A stretch of 64,000 nucleotides of DNA from Akkermansiaceae bacterium (GCA_051251915.1 JBPOGF010000006.1:1-64000), one strand, 5' to 3'; shown: positions 10,366-20,349, counted from the stretch's first letter. Program-made: numbers and translations. The notes: generated by a model not told the origin, from the letters alone.

Positions 10366-11979
10366 TTAGGGGATTTTTTTCAAAATGAGGTCATTGAAGG
10401 TCATCTTTGAGTTCCAAGAACCAATTGATAATGAATGTTGGCGAGGGGTGCTCCAGAGGTTGATGATGGAGCCTCTTTTTCCTGAGAGATCACAATTGTA
10501 AATGAAGTTACCATCGATTTCTACCTGCACATAGTCTGTCCTTACTTGGATGAGGATTTGGTAATTTTGCCGATTGGTCATCTTGAAAAGAATAGTTTGT
10601 TGGTGCTGTTTTAGATTGAGCCCATCTAGTGCTTGTATGCCAGTGAGCTGTTTATTCCATGCGTCTAGCTCAAATGTAACAGTGCCTATAGCTGTGGGGA
10701 TAAATACGGCTAGTGAGTCTTTTCCTACGGTTCTTACGACATTAAATGATAAATCATACTCGTCTCCGAGATCTATCACAGGGAAGGAGATGCAGGCTCC
10801 ATTCCGTGATCTTCCGCAGCTTAATTTACCATCTTCTGATAATTCCCAAGTCCCTTGATCTGGCTGAAGTGGGTTAGTTAGTAATGAGGTTAATTTGATT
10901 TCATTATTAATAGGCGTTGTAAATTCTTCCTGCGCATTAGGGTTAATTTTTTCTGAGGAATCTGCTACTTTGGAGTTATCTGTGATTGGTTTATTTGTTG
11001 AGGGGGTATTAGGCGTTTTATTGGATAAAAAATATAATGTACTAGCTGTGAGGATGAGGGTGGTGGCAGAAATGATAAGAATTGGTGCTAAGTGGGATTT
11101 ATTTACCTTCATCTCAGATGGTTGCTGAACGGCACTGAGGTGCTGAGGTTGTAAAACGTGAATGAGGGCTGACTTCAGCTCGGCCACGTAGGGGTAACGA
11201 TTTTCTGGATTTTGCATCAAACATTGCCTGACCAAGGGACGAATTATTTCTGGTAAAGGAGCCATTAGCTCAGACTCTAGTATGGCCTTGGGGGGAGAGC
11301 CTACAAGCATTTCATAGATCATTATGCCCATTGACCAAATATCTGCTCTGTGGTCAATAGTCCTGCTATTTCCGGTCATTTGTTCTGGTGCTACATAGAG
11401 CATGGACCCCAGGTATGAACCAGTCATGGTTAGTGAGTCCGCAGTTGTATCCTTTGCTATTCCTAGGTCTGCAATTTTTACATTATGGGATGTCGTTAAA
11501 AGAATGTTTGCTGGCTTAATATCACGGTGAATGATTTTGAGAGCATGAATGCTGCTGAGGCCGTCACAGATTTGAAGACAAATTCTGACTGTTTCTTGTA
11601 ATGACAGAGCTCCTTCAGAGCTGATTTTCTGGGCTAAGTCACCTCCTGCTGCATACTCTAGAACAAGCGAGAATGGAGAGTCTTGCAGGTCATGGGATTT
11701 CACATGGTAGATGGCTAGCACATGGGGATGCTGTGCCCGAGCCATGATCACAGATTCTTGCCGTATTCTCTCTAGGCTCATTGGGTCTAGTGAACCTGGA
11801 TGGAAAACTTTAAGCGCAACTTTACGATCTAATTCCTGATCATAAGCAAGATAAACTGAGCCCATTCCTCCGTGACCTAGTTTCTTGATAATCTCTAGAC
11901 CTTCGATCACGGGATACGCCTCTTCTTCATTGTTGAGTCCTTGGGCGAGGAGAGCTTCGTAGTTTTTGCTAGATGGCAT
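10366..11979 (-). CDS. membrane Ser/Thr protein kinase (Hanks type)
   Basis: GHGGMG, VALK, HRDIKPANIL, DLG, APE, DIWSMG; transmembrane helix and extracellular domain. Confidence 0.93.
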   Translation of the reverse strand: MPSSKNYEALLAQGLNNEEEAYPVIEGLEIIKKLGHGGMGSVYLAYDQELDRKVALKVFHPGSLDPMSLERIRQESVIMARAQHPHVLAIYHVKSHDLQDSPFSLVLEYAAGGDLAQKISSEGALSLQETVRICLQICDGLSSIHALKIIHRDIKPANILLTTSHNVKIADLGIAKDTTADSLTMTGSYLGSMLYVAPEQMTGNSRTIDHRADIWSMGIMIYEMLVGSPPKAILESELMAPLPEIIRPLVRQCLMQNPENRYPYVAELKSALIHVLQPQHLSAVQQPSEMKVNKSHLAPILIISATTLILTASTLYFLSNKTPNTPSTNKPITDNSKVADSSEKINPNAQEEFTTPINNEIKLTSLLTNPLQPDQGTWELSEDGKLSCGRSRNGACISFPVIDLGDEYDLSFNVVRTVGKDSLAVFIPTAIGTVTFELDAWNKQLTGIQALDGLNLKQHQQTILFKMTNRQNYQILIQVRTDYVQVEIDGNFIYNCDLSGKRGSIINLWSTPRQHSLSIGSWNSKMTFNDLILKKIP

Positions 11980-12677
11980 TATGTTTGCAAAATTTTAATC
12001 AGCCAGCGGATTTCCTCATCCACATCTTTTTCAGATTGCACAGTTTCGGAGATGACAAGCTTAAGTTCATCACCAAATCTTCTCCGGATTCTATGGACAG
12101 CGGATTTTAGCGCAACGGCACTAAGGCCGAGTTTGGTAGCTGAGGCTGAGGAATCCTCTAGCGGGGTGCCATCTATAACCTGTTCTAACTCTTTAAAAAC
12201 CGCATCTTGATTTTGTTTTGAATACCGTTTTCTAAGTCTTTCATAGGTATCGTCCACTACTACCTTTGCCCATTCTTGATCGTATTTTATTGATGGGTCA
12301 GAGGCGTATGTGTCTTCGAGTATGGTGTCATCTAGCGGTAAATCTCGATGAGCTCCGCCTCGCTTTTGACTGGATTGTTTTTTCCACGAGTCGTAGATAA
12401 ACCTTTTGAATGAAACCAAGAGGTATGACCTTAGTTTTCCTCGATGTGGTTCTAAAGATTCAAAGAAGTCTTCATTGCTCACTCGAGCAAGGAATCCCTG
12501 AACACAGTCTTCTGCGTCTTGGTGAGATGAGTTGATGGAAATAGCGAACCCGTAGAGTGGGCGCCAGTAGGTCTGGCATACTTCCTCCATGGCGGCTCTT
12601 GCTTCAGACCTGTTTCCAGAGTTAATCCTCTGGATGCAGGTCCAACGTGTGGATGGGAATTTCTTAGCATCGGCCAT
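11979..12677 (-). CDS. ECF-type sigma-70 factor, kinase-associated
   Basis: DAED motif in region 2, C-terminal HTH (VALKSAVHRIRRRF); overlaps the kinase start by 1 nt. Confidence 0.85.
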   Translation of the reverse strand: MADAKKFPSTRWTCIQRINSGNRSEARAAMEEVCQTYWRPLYGFAISINSSHQDAEDCVQGFLARVSNEDFFESLEPHRGKLRSYLLVSFKRFIYDSWKKQSSQKRGGAHRDLPLDDTILEDTYASDPSIKYDQEWAKVVVDDTYERLRKRYSKQNQDAVFKELEQVIDGTPLEDSSASATKLGLSAVALKSAVHRIRRRFGDELKLVISETVQSEKDVDEEIRWLIKILQT

Positions 12678-12813
12678 GTTATCTTAAATAATAAGCCACA
12701 CATCTTCAGCCCACTCAAGGTCAAAGAATCTCACTTTTTTCAAACTAGGCTGCCACCTTTACTTATTTTTTTCTTTTTGAAGGAGAACATTAACCAATAG
12801 AAAAATATAAAAT

Positions 12814-13287
12814 ATGACCAGATATAGAACAATAATCATCTTATGTAGTGCTTTATGCGCTCTAGCATTTAACTCATGTGATAGTGGAGGGGGAGGGATA
12901 GCTTCTGAACCCGTAGCCGCACCAGAGAGTATTAGTAATAAAACGCTCACTCTTGATGTAGGGGGCGGTCCAGTGCCGCTGATTCCTCCACCAGCTTGTG
13001 AAGTGGATTCCACGGTGTTTAATTTCCAAGGCGCGCAGATTCTTAACGAGGACGGTTTAGCTTATATACTAGATGACTCTTCTTATCTTAACGAAGGTGT
13101 TAGAGCCACCGTCACTATTAATTTTAGTAATGGAAGGACATACGTTATACGTCTTAACTTTACCACTTCGTCGTCTGGTACGTTTATTCTTCTTAACTCT
13201 AAAGATGGGGATGCTTGCAATGCATATGGTGTATTCACGTTGTTTAGTAATTCGCCCGCAATTGATGGGTTAGAGCTCACTCCTTAA
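12814..13287 (+). CDS. putative lipoprotein
   Basis: Signal peptide ending in FNSC; no recognisable domain. Confidence 0.6.
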   Translation: MTRYRTIIILCSALCALAFNSCDSGGGGIASEPVAAPESISNKTLTLDVGGGPVPLIPPPACEVDSTVFNFQGAQILNEDGLAYILDDSSYLNEGVRATVTINFSNGRTYVIRLNFTTSSSGTFILLNSKDGDACNAYGVFTLFSNSPAIDGLELTP

Positions 13288-13292
13288 AATAA

Positions 13293-14042
13293 TTATCGCT
13301 TACTGCCCCAACTCTCCACTACTTGTCGCGGTGTGACAATGTCCATTATTCCATTGCGATGGGTGGAGTGGAGTTCGTATCCTGCGTAGTTTAGCGCGGC
13401 TACGATGAGGGTGCAGCAGGTGTATTCTTTTGTCAGTTCTTCCTTCTTTAGCGGCTTGTGTTTTGCGTTAAACAGACCAAATGCTCCTGAGTAATCGTAG
13501 ACGGTGTCTGCTGGATTGGTGACGTTATGGGTGAATTCTTTGAGTTTTGGGAGGTCGAGTGAGGGTGGGCGGTAGATGACCCAATTTTTGTCGTCGAGGT
13601 AGCTGAGGTCGCTGTCGATGTTGGCGAGTTGTTTCATGGCGAGTTGGAGGAGCTTTGGCTTATTGTTGGAATCTGGGGTTACGAGGGCGAGGTGTCCGTA
13701 GCGGAATAGATCATATGGGACTTTCTGGATGTTGGCTTTTTTGAGGTGCTGCCAGGCTTCTTTGTGGCTCATGTAAAATGCGATGACGTCACCTGGCTGG
13801 ATTTGGGATTTGTATTGGGTGAGTTGGTGTTGGTTGTCTTCTGCGTGATAAGTGCAGACTTTCTTCATTTTCTGGACTTCAGAGGTAAGTTTTTTCTTAG
13901 CAGAGCGATGGGATGGTGGTTTTTCCATTAGGCTGAATGGGAGTCTGCCATTATGGATGGCTGATGTGGTGCAGGATGAGATGACGGCAAGCGCAGCGGT
14001 GGTGAAGAGTGTGTATTTGAGTATTTTCTTTGTGGTTTTCAT
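13293..14042 (-). CDS. permuted papain-like (YiiX/YebB-type NlpC/P60) lipoprotein
   Basis: QPGDVI, GHLALV (His before Cys), YDY, YTCCTLI, VTP; start placed at MKTTKK (ATGA overlap with upstream stop); lipobox-like ISSC. Confidence 0.7.
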   Translation of the reverse strand: MKTTKKILKYTLFTTAALAVISSCTTSAIHNGRLPFSLMEKPPSHRSAKKKLTSEVQKMKKVCTYHAEDNQHQLTQYKSQIQPGDVIAFYMSHKEAWQHLKKANIQKVPYDLFRYGHLALVTPDSNNKPKLLQLAMKQLANIDSDLSYLDDKNWVIYRPPSLDLPKLKEFTHNVTNPADTVYDYSGAFGLFNAKHKPLKKEELTKEYTCCTLIVAALNYAGYELHSTHRNGIMDIVTPRQVVESWGSKR

Positions 14043-15262
14043 GGTAGGTATCTCTTTTGTTGTACGGGTGTTAAGAGTGGGCAGCTTTTGCTGATGAAAG
14101 GGATACGGAGTCGGTTTTTCGCGATGAGGCTGTATGTTCCATCTTTGAGCCAGCGTGGTAGAAATCTGAGAATCCAGAGGAATGCGAAGGCTCCTCCGCA
14201 TAGATAGAGAGCTCTGAGGATGGCGTCGGCTCCTTGCCATGTGCGTTGATTCTCGGTGGTAGGATTTTCTAACAGGACGGCTGCACGCTTTTCTGTGTGA
14301 TTGATATGTTTTGGTATGATTGCGGAGGTTTCTCCTGTGAGAGTGGAAAAATAGATGGCTTGATGGCTGTCAATAGAGGTAAGGATTTGGGCTGATTTCT
14401 GACAGAATGCGCAGTCACCGTCGATGAAGAGGATGTGTGGCATTTCTCCGATGGATTTTCTTGATGGTAGCCAGTTTCTTTGGAAGGTGAATAGATGTAC
14501 CATTACCATACCGAGGCTGAGATCAGTGAAGTCAACTGTTGTCATGATTCCTAGATGTATTAGGAGCATCAGTGACCACGCCCAGAAGCGGGTCTTTTTG
14601 AAAACAGCCAAGGGAACAAAACTTACCTCTAGGAGAAGGACTGACCAGGTCATGATGGATAGAAATCCGTCTGGTAAGCTGAGCATTAGGTCTCGAATGA
14701 CTCCTGGGCGAGCGAGTGGGTTTTCGAGAAGGTGCTGGAGTGCTGAGCCGTTGATCCAGCTGGGGCTGCTTAATTTTAAAATGCCAGAAAAGGTGTAACC
14801 AGCCGCTAGCAGGATCCAGGCGGTAAGGCATGCCATGTGTGGCATTTTCCAATCTTTAGTCAGAGGAGGAATAGCAGCGCATAGTAAGAGTAGCATGCCG
14901 ATGTATCCTAAGCTAGGGTTTGCGATGAGTGGATTTGCTGTGAATAGACAGCTCATGGTGAAGCAGAGAAATAAAGCGATGCTCCGTCTGAGAAACCCAA
15001 GGGTGAAGCTTACCGAAGCGATTAATGCTGTGATTAACCAAGGGGTGATCCAGTTGCTAGATCCTTCGAGGAAAAGCGGGTTAGGCCAAGAGCCATTGAA
15101 TGGGTTTACTCCCTCTCCACCCAGGATGCCAACATCACTGAATAGCTCTACACCATATGGTATGAGTGAGGCGAAATGGCAAGTGAGATAGATGCCGAAA
15201 AGGATACGGAATGTGATGAATTGTCGAGCGCTGAAGTCGCTGTGTTTTTCGATAAAGGTCAT
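14039..15262 (-). CDS. HTTM-like multipass membrane protein fused to DCC/DUF393 thiol-disulfide oxidoreductase domain
   Basis: Multiple TM helices with YTFSGILKL..W..G; C-terminal DGDCAFC; start placed at MTFIEK. Confidence 0.75.
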   Translation of the reverse strand: MTFIEKHSDFSARQFITFRILFGIYLTCHFASLIPYGVELFSDVGILGGEGVNPFNGSWPNPLFLEGSSNWITPWLITALIASVSFTLGFLRRSIALFLCFTMSCLFTANPLIANPSLGYIGMLLLLCAAIPPLTKDWKMPHMACLTAWILLAAGYTFSGILKLSSPSWINGSALQHLLENPLARPGVIRDLMLSLPDGFLSIMTWSVLLLEVSFVPLAVFKKTRFWAWSLMLLIHLGIMTTVDFTDLSLGMVMVHLFTFQRNWLPSRKSIGEMPHILFIDGDCAFCQKSAQILTSIDSHQAIYFSTLTGETSAIIPKHINHTEKRAAVLLENPTTENQRTWQGADAILRALYLCGGAFAFLWILRFLPRWLKDGTYSLIAKNRLRIPFISKSCPLLTPVQQKRYLP

Positions 15263-15263
15263 T

Positions 15264-15752
15264 TTATTTTCCGTTGAGTTTCCATTGTGCATTAGCTCCA
15301 CTTGTCTTGCTGTTGATGATGATGCGAACTTGTTCAGCATCTGCGGGGATGCCTAGTTCTTGCGCCACCGATCCGGGTTCTGTTAACGCGTAGTTTAAGG
15401 TAGCTTTTCTGATGGTTTCTGGTAGTGCTGGGCCATAGGCGATTACAGCACCGTAGACATTGCGTCGGTTGTATGGGCCTTGCATTTTCTGGTAGATGCT
15501 AGGGGTAAGCTTTTGTTCGAATTGTTGGCCATCTGCGGTGATATACTGAATGGAGAAATCAGCGGCGAAGGTCTCGTAAGTTTGTCCGGTTTCTAGACAT
15601 TTTGCTTGGCAGAATACTTTTGTGTAGGGAGCTAGCCCTGTGGCTAGCCCAATGTTTTTGAGCGCTTTGATGCCGGTCAAATGTCCGACCATGGCGGTGC
15701 TTCCTATGGTTAGAATACCAATGCAGAGGATGTTAGACGTGGTTGTTTTCAT
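15264..15752 (-). CDS. conserved hypothetical exported or membrane-anchored protein
   Basis: Tightly coupled within the operon; N-terminal hydrophobic segment; GPYNRRNVYGA motif. Confidence 0.7.
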   Translation of the reverse strand: MKTTTSNILCIGILTIGSTAMVGHLTGIKALKNIGLATGLAPYTKVFCQAKCLETGQTYETFAADFSIQYITADGQQFEQKLTPSIYQKMQGPYNRRNVYGAVIAYGPALPETIRKATLNYALTEPGSVAQELGIPADAEQVRIIINSKTSGANAQWKLNGK

Positions 15753-16599
15753 GTTGGGTTTTTAGATTATTGGTTGGTTGCTGACGTGATTTAAAACACG
15801 CCCAGCGCTTGGAGCAGCCAATGCATGAGGGGAGTAAATGCATGGATGATAGTTGCTGGGTTGGTTTTGGTGAGTGAACATCATGAAAGGCTATCATCTC
15901 AGTGAATTTAGCTTCTTTATCAGGTCTAAAGCCACATTTTTTTACCTGAGACTTAGGGTTCTGGTAGGTGCTGAAGAGCATGTCCCACAGCGGGATGTCT
16001 GAGTAATTATTCGTGTGATGATTTCTCATGTGGTGCACACGGTGGGATTCTGGGCGCTGGAAAAATGGCCCAAGCCAGACGGGGGTCTTGATGTCCCAGT
16101 GGTAGAATAGTTCTGCTATACCTGTGGCTAAGGTGATGAGAGCCGCGGCTTCTATGGAGCAACCTAATAGAAGGTAAACGATGGTTGAGCTTAGCACTGC
16201 GTTGATGGAAATTTCTACTGGGTGTTTATAGAATGACATCAGTACTTCCATTCGTCTTGGTGAGTGATGGAGTTGATGGCATAGACGCCAGAAGAACTTA
16301 GACTCGTGACGTAAGCGATGCCACCAGTAGTAGATAAACGTGAGAATGATGTAGCCGATCATTACCTGCCAGACTAGAGAGACATGCTTATTGAGAGCCC
16401 AATATGAATTCATGCCCCAGCTGCTCATCCAGTGATCCACTGTGAACCCGGCGACTAGCACAATACCAGTCTGGCTTAGATTTGTTAGCACCACTCTTAG
16501 CCACCAGTGGTTTACTTTTGGAAGGTCGTTAGCTGGCCAGAATTTCTCGATGAGGAACATCAGAGCCACTACGATTAACATGATCAATATCGTGTTCAT
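15733..16599 (-). CDS. sterol desaturase / fatty acid hydroxylase family protein
   Basis: His boxes HRLRH, HQLHH, HRVHH; NYS..WD.LF. Confidence 0.9.
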   Translation of the reverse strand: MNTILIMLIVVALMFLIEKFWPANDLPKVNHWWLRVVLTNLSQTGIVLVAGFTVDHWMSSWGMNSYWALNKHVSLVWQVMIGYIILTFIYYWWHRLRHESKFFWRLCHQLHHSPRRMEVLMSFYKHPVEISINAVLSSTIVYLLLGCSIEAAALITLATGIAELFYHWDIKTPVWLGPFFQRPESHRVHHMRNHHTNNYSDIPLWDMLFSTYQNPKSQVKKCGFRPDKEAKFTEMIAFHDVHSPKPTQQLSSMHLLPSCIGCSKRWACFKSRQQPTNNLKTQHENNHV

Positions 16600-16744
16600 G
16601 CCAAGACAATAGCTAAATACTGAGTGATAGACTAATCGATCATTATTTAACTAACATCATTTTAATCGATGATTTGAATGTGTATGGATTGACTTTGGTT
16701 ATAAATCATTTGTTCATCGTCAGACTTGTGGCATAACTAATGGC

Positions 16745-17479
16745 ATGAAAGACACCGCATTGGTCATCCTCGGTCATGGCTCATCGATCCATGCCAGTTC
16801 ATCTATTCCTTGCCGGCTTCATGCTGATACGATTCGGCGGAAGGGGGTGTTTCACTCAGTGCATTGTGGGTTTCTCAAGGAGGCGCCTTTGATTGAGGAT
16901 TGTTTGGATCATGTGGATGCAGATAAGGTGATTATCTTACCTAATTTTCTGGCAGAAGGATACTATACTAAGAAGGTGATTCCAGAGAAACTGAGGTTGG
17001 GGGAGCGGGGGAGTTCGGTGACTTATCTGAAGCCGTTGGGGTTAGATGCGTTTATTCAAGATATTATCACTGATCTAGCAGAACGTGCGATGCAAGACTG
17101 GAAGCCAGAGGAGACGACCCTCATGCTGCTAGGTCACGGCTCTACTAAAAGTGCAACTTCTAAGGATACGCTGCTCGAGCATATAGGGGCACTGCGTGAG
17201 AAAACAGGCTTCGGGCAGATTACAGATCTCTGGTTAGAGGAGCCCCCGTTTATCAAAGACTGGCGAGATTCTGCGGAACATAAACAGGTGCTTTTCATTC
17301 CTTATCTTATCGCTGATGGTCAGCATGGCGGGTGGGACATACCTGAGATGGTAGGGGTGGAGCGGGACATTTATGATCCTTACAAAGCGCACTTTGTGGG
17401 TGAGTATGCTGTAAAACTTACCCACGCCATTGGTAAATCTCAGCTGATGGCAGATTTAATTCTTAAGTTAACGAAGTAA
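16745..17479 (+). CDS. sirohydrochlorin chelatase, CbiX/SirB family (two repeats)
   Basis: Duplicated LGHGS motifs, FLKEAP/LEEPP, P.FL..G. Confidence 0.85.
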   Translation: MKDTALVILGHGSSIHASSSIPCRLHADTIRRKGVFHSVHCGFLKEAPLIEDCLDHVDADKVIILPNFLAEGYYTKKVIPEKLRLGERGSSVTYLKPLGLDAFIQDIITDLAERAMQDWKPEETTLMLLGHGSTKSATSKDTLLEHIGALREKTGFGQITDLWLEEPPFIKDWRDSAEHKQVLFIPYLIADGQHGGWDIPEMVGVERDIYDPYKAHFVGEYAVKLTHAIGKSQLMADLILKLTK

Positions 17480-18689
17480 AGTAGAGCTTGAGTAGTAAGT
17501 AGGCGGAGAGAGCCATGCCTGTCCACACAATGAGTCCACAGAGGAGGGCTTTGCTTCCGGAGGTGAAGAGAGCCTTGATGTTTACTTGTAGTCCGATAGC
17601 TGCCATTGAGATAGCTAGTAGCCATTTACTTAAAAATGTTAGGCCGTTCACTGAGTCGTAAAAAACCTCTTCAGTATGGTGAGGGAATAGCAAGTTAGGG
17701 ATGAAGTTGTTAGATGCTAATATAGCCATGATTACAAATGCCCAGACAAACCATGGAATATAGGAATAGAGGGATTTTTTATTGGTGCTGGTAGCTAATG
17801 TTTTGTTTTTGGCGAAGAAGAATACGCTTAGTAGTACTACGGGCACTAACAGACTAACGCGCATGAGTTTAATCGCAGAAGCGATGGATGAGGCATCAGC
17901 TCCATGACTCTCTGCTGCTGCGACTACTTGAGGGACTGCGTGAATGGTGCTTCCAGAGAGTGCTCCGTAGAGTTCTGCGCTGATATCAGGTTGATACCAG
18001 ATGAGGGATACGCAACCTAACATAGCGATGAGGCCGATAAGATTTACGGTGCCCACTGCAAGTGCTACATCGCTTTCATTTGATTTACTCACGGGAGCGA
18101 CCGCTAAAATAGCACTACTGCCGCATACAGCCGAACCAACTCCCAGAAGATAAGATGCCTTGGTACTCAAACCTAACATTTTTCCAACAAGTAGAGCAAG
18201 GATCACAGCTATGATCATAATGGTAATAACAATTCCTACTAAGGGTAAGCTGAGTTTACTGAGAATAGAGAGATCCATTCTTGAACCTAGGCAAACAATA
18301 GCGATAGGGATAAACCACGCTGCGATCCATCGGCAACCGGTTTTAATCCGGGATGGCATTTTCCAGAATGATGCGGCTAACATACCAAGGATGATAGACA
18401 GGACGGACACTCCGAGGGGGTGCTTCAGCGTTGCTCCCTCGATGGTGAATGGCGCGTAAGGTAACTTACTTATGATGGCTGCTAGGATGGTGATGGTAAG
18501 GGCAAGAGTGCATCCAGGGAGTAGTTGCCACTTACTTCCTCTGATGCTTTGGGGAGGAGAGATGTCGATGAGGTTGACGGTGGGGCTTCCCTCCATGGAG
18601 TCTAGCGAGAGTAGCTCCTCAGTCTCAATCATTTCATAGAGAGTTTTACTCTGGTTAGCTGGCTTTAGCTTTATATGAGATTCTGACAT
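17463..18689 (-). CDS. YeiH-family putative sulfate exporter
   Basis: GSAVCGSSAILA, TIHAVPQVVAA, KLMRV, MAAIGL. Confidence 0.88.
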   Translation of the reverse strand: MSESHIKLKPANQSKTLYEMIETEELLSLDSMEGSPTVNLIDISPPQSIRGSKWQLLPGCTLALTITILAAIISKLPYAPFTIEGATLKHPLGVSVLSIILGMLAASFWKMPSRIKTGCRWIAAWFIPIAIVCLGSRMDLSILSKLSLPLVGIVITIMIIAVILALLVGKMLGLSTKASYLLGVGSAVCGSSAILAVAPVSKSNESDVALAVGTVNLIGLIAMLGCVSLIWYQPDISAELYGALSGSTIHAVPQVVAAAESHGADASSIASAIKLMRVSLLVPVVLLSVFFFAKNKTLATSTNKKSLYSYIPWFVWAFVIMAILASNNFIPNLLFPHHTEEVFYDSVNGLTFLSKWLLAISMAAIGLQVNIKALFTSGSKALLCGLIVWTGMALSAYLLLKLYFTSLT

Positions 18690-18700
18690 AATCTAGAATC

Positions 18701-19261
18701 TTATATTCCGCTACCATCCATGTGCCATTCATTGACTGGCTCATAGACTTGGGAGTATTTAGAGTCTATTGAAAATGTTTTCATGCGCTTTAGAGGTGGC
18801 GCGTAACAATGGAGCGTCACGAGGTCTTCATCAGGGTTTTGCAAATTAGAGACTTGGTGAGTATCAGAGTCCTCTGAGCCAATGACTCCCTTGTTGAAGT
18901 CGATTGTTGAAACAGGCTTGATGTATCCACTAGGGGTTTTTTCATAAATCGTCTCAGAGGCGATTCCTGTAATGATTTTCACTGCACAGATTGACTCTGC
19001 GTGGTCGTGGATAGGACTACGCTGACCGCTTTTCCAACAGAGGCAGAGTAACTGCACGTGTTTATTTTCAAAGATGAGATTTCTGCGGTAATGATTGCCA
19101 TGGAATTGAACGTAATCTCCGAGTTCTTCTATGGAAATATCAAATGCTTGCATTTTCTGCACCACTTCCTCAAGAGGTGGACGAGCCGTGAGTCTCTCTA
19201 GATAATCCATGAATGGTAACATCTTAGAGTGGTAATTTTCCAGCGTCGTTGGCATGGGCAA
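18701..19261 (-). CDS. cysteine dioxygenase type I family
   Basis: YRRNLI, W..GQRSPIHDH..S.C, HQV.N, TLHCYAPP. Confidence 0.9.
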   Translation of the reverse strand: MPMPTTLENYHSKMLPFMDYLERLTARPPLEEVVQKMQAFDISIEELGDYVQFHGNHYRRNLIFENKHVQLLCLCWKSGQRSPIHDHAESICAVKIITGIASETIYEKTPSGYIKPVSTIDFNKGVIGSEDSDTHQVSNLQNPDEDLVTLHCYAPPLKRMKTFSIDSKYSQVYEPVNEWHMDGSGI

Positions 19262-19293
19262 ACCCTAGCTTATTGTGGCTATAAAACCAGTTT

Positions 19294-19325
19294 AAAAAAG
19301 GTCTGAGGCAATTAAGCCACAGACC
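19294..19325 (-). terminator. intrinsic terminator after the SPFH gene
   Basis: Minus strand GGTCTGTGGC-ttaatt-GCCTCAGACC followed by T6. Confidence 0.75.
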
Positions 19326-19365
19326 CTGGTATGGTTGTTATGGTAACTGAGTTAGTTACAATTGC

Positions 19366-20319
19366 TTACTTTTTGACTGTCTCTAGTACTTTACTTAGAC
19401 CAGCGACTGTGCCGCCGATGTCTGCTAAGTTAGCTGGGACGATCATCGTATTCCCTTCCTTAGCAAGTTTACCAAACTCCTTCACATATTGCTCCGCAAT
19501 TCTCAAGTTCACCGCGTCGCTTCCGCCGGGTTCATTGATAGCGAGAGCTACTTGTTTGATGCTATCTGCAGTGGCCTTAGCAAGAAGCTCGATCTCTTGA
19601 GCTTTACCTTCAGCCTCGTTGATCTGTTTAGATTTCTCCGCTTCTGAGCGTTTGATCACGTCCTGCTTGTAGCCTTCGGCGATGTTGATCTGTGCTTCAC
19701 GTTCACCTTCAGAGTGGGCTACTACTGCACGACGTTCACGTTCCGCTCTCATTTGCTTCTCAAGCGCTTCTTTCACTGACTGAGGCGGGGCGATGTTTGC
19801 TATTTCGTAACGGGTGATTTTGATGCCCCATGGATCACTCGCTTTATCGAGTGCTTCGATTAGGTTTGAGTTGATGGTATCACGCTCCTCGAAAGTGCGG
19901 TCTAGCTCTAGCTTACCTATCTCAGAACGTAGAGTTGTCTGTGCGAGCTGAGTGGATGCGTAGAAATAGTTATCGATTCCGTAACTTGCTTTCTTAGGAT
20001 CGAGCACCTGCATGTAGAGTACACCATCCACCTCAATGGTGATGTTATCTTTCGTGATACAGTTTTGCGGAGGAACGTCCATGGCTATCTCTTTTAGAGA
20101 GTGTTTGTAGGCTACTTTGTCTACGAATGGGATGAGGAAATGGAATCCAGCCCCTAGTGTTTTACTGTATTTACCGAGTCTTTCGATTACGAAGGCCTCA
20201 CGTTGCGGCACGATGCGCGCTGTTTTGACGACTGCGACGATTAGGAAAATGGCGATCACGATTGTGATGATCTCACCTGCTCCGAAGTTGGCTAAAACTA
20301 TTGTATTTATTGTTGTCAT
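19366..20319 (-). CDS. SPFH/stomatin-like (QmcA-type) protein
   Basis: ERLGKY, ITKDN, QTTLRSEIG, QMRAERERRA. Confidence 0.93.
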   Translation of the reverse strand: MTTINTIVLANFGAGEIITIVIAIFLIVAVVKTARIVPQREAFVIERLGKYSKTLGAGFHFLIPFVDKVAYKHSLKEIAMDVPPQNCITKDNITIEVDGVLYMQVLDPKKASYGIDNYFYASTQLAQTTLRSEIGKLELDRTFEERDTINSNLIEALDKASDPWGIKITRYEIANIAPPQSVKEALEKQMRAERERRAVVAHSEGEREAQINIAEGYKQDVIKRSEAEKSKQINEAEGKAQEIELLAKATADSIKQVALAINEPGGSDAVNLRIAEQYVKEFGKLAKEGNTMIVPANLADIGGTVAGLSKVLETVKK

Positions 20320-20349
20320 TATCTTATTGTTGCTTGTTTGAGTTATAAA

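Noticed and set aside
14043..14240. N-terminal 66-aa extension of the 315-aa ORF
   Set aside because: Overlaps the upstream HTTM-DCC gene; a better start with a signal peptide and ATGA coupling lies at 14042
16625..16675. TAATCGAT direct repeat resembling a LysR-type operator
   Set aside because: No LysR gene is adjacent and the AT-rich context makes a chance match plausible; too weak to call
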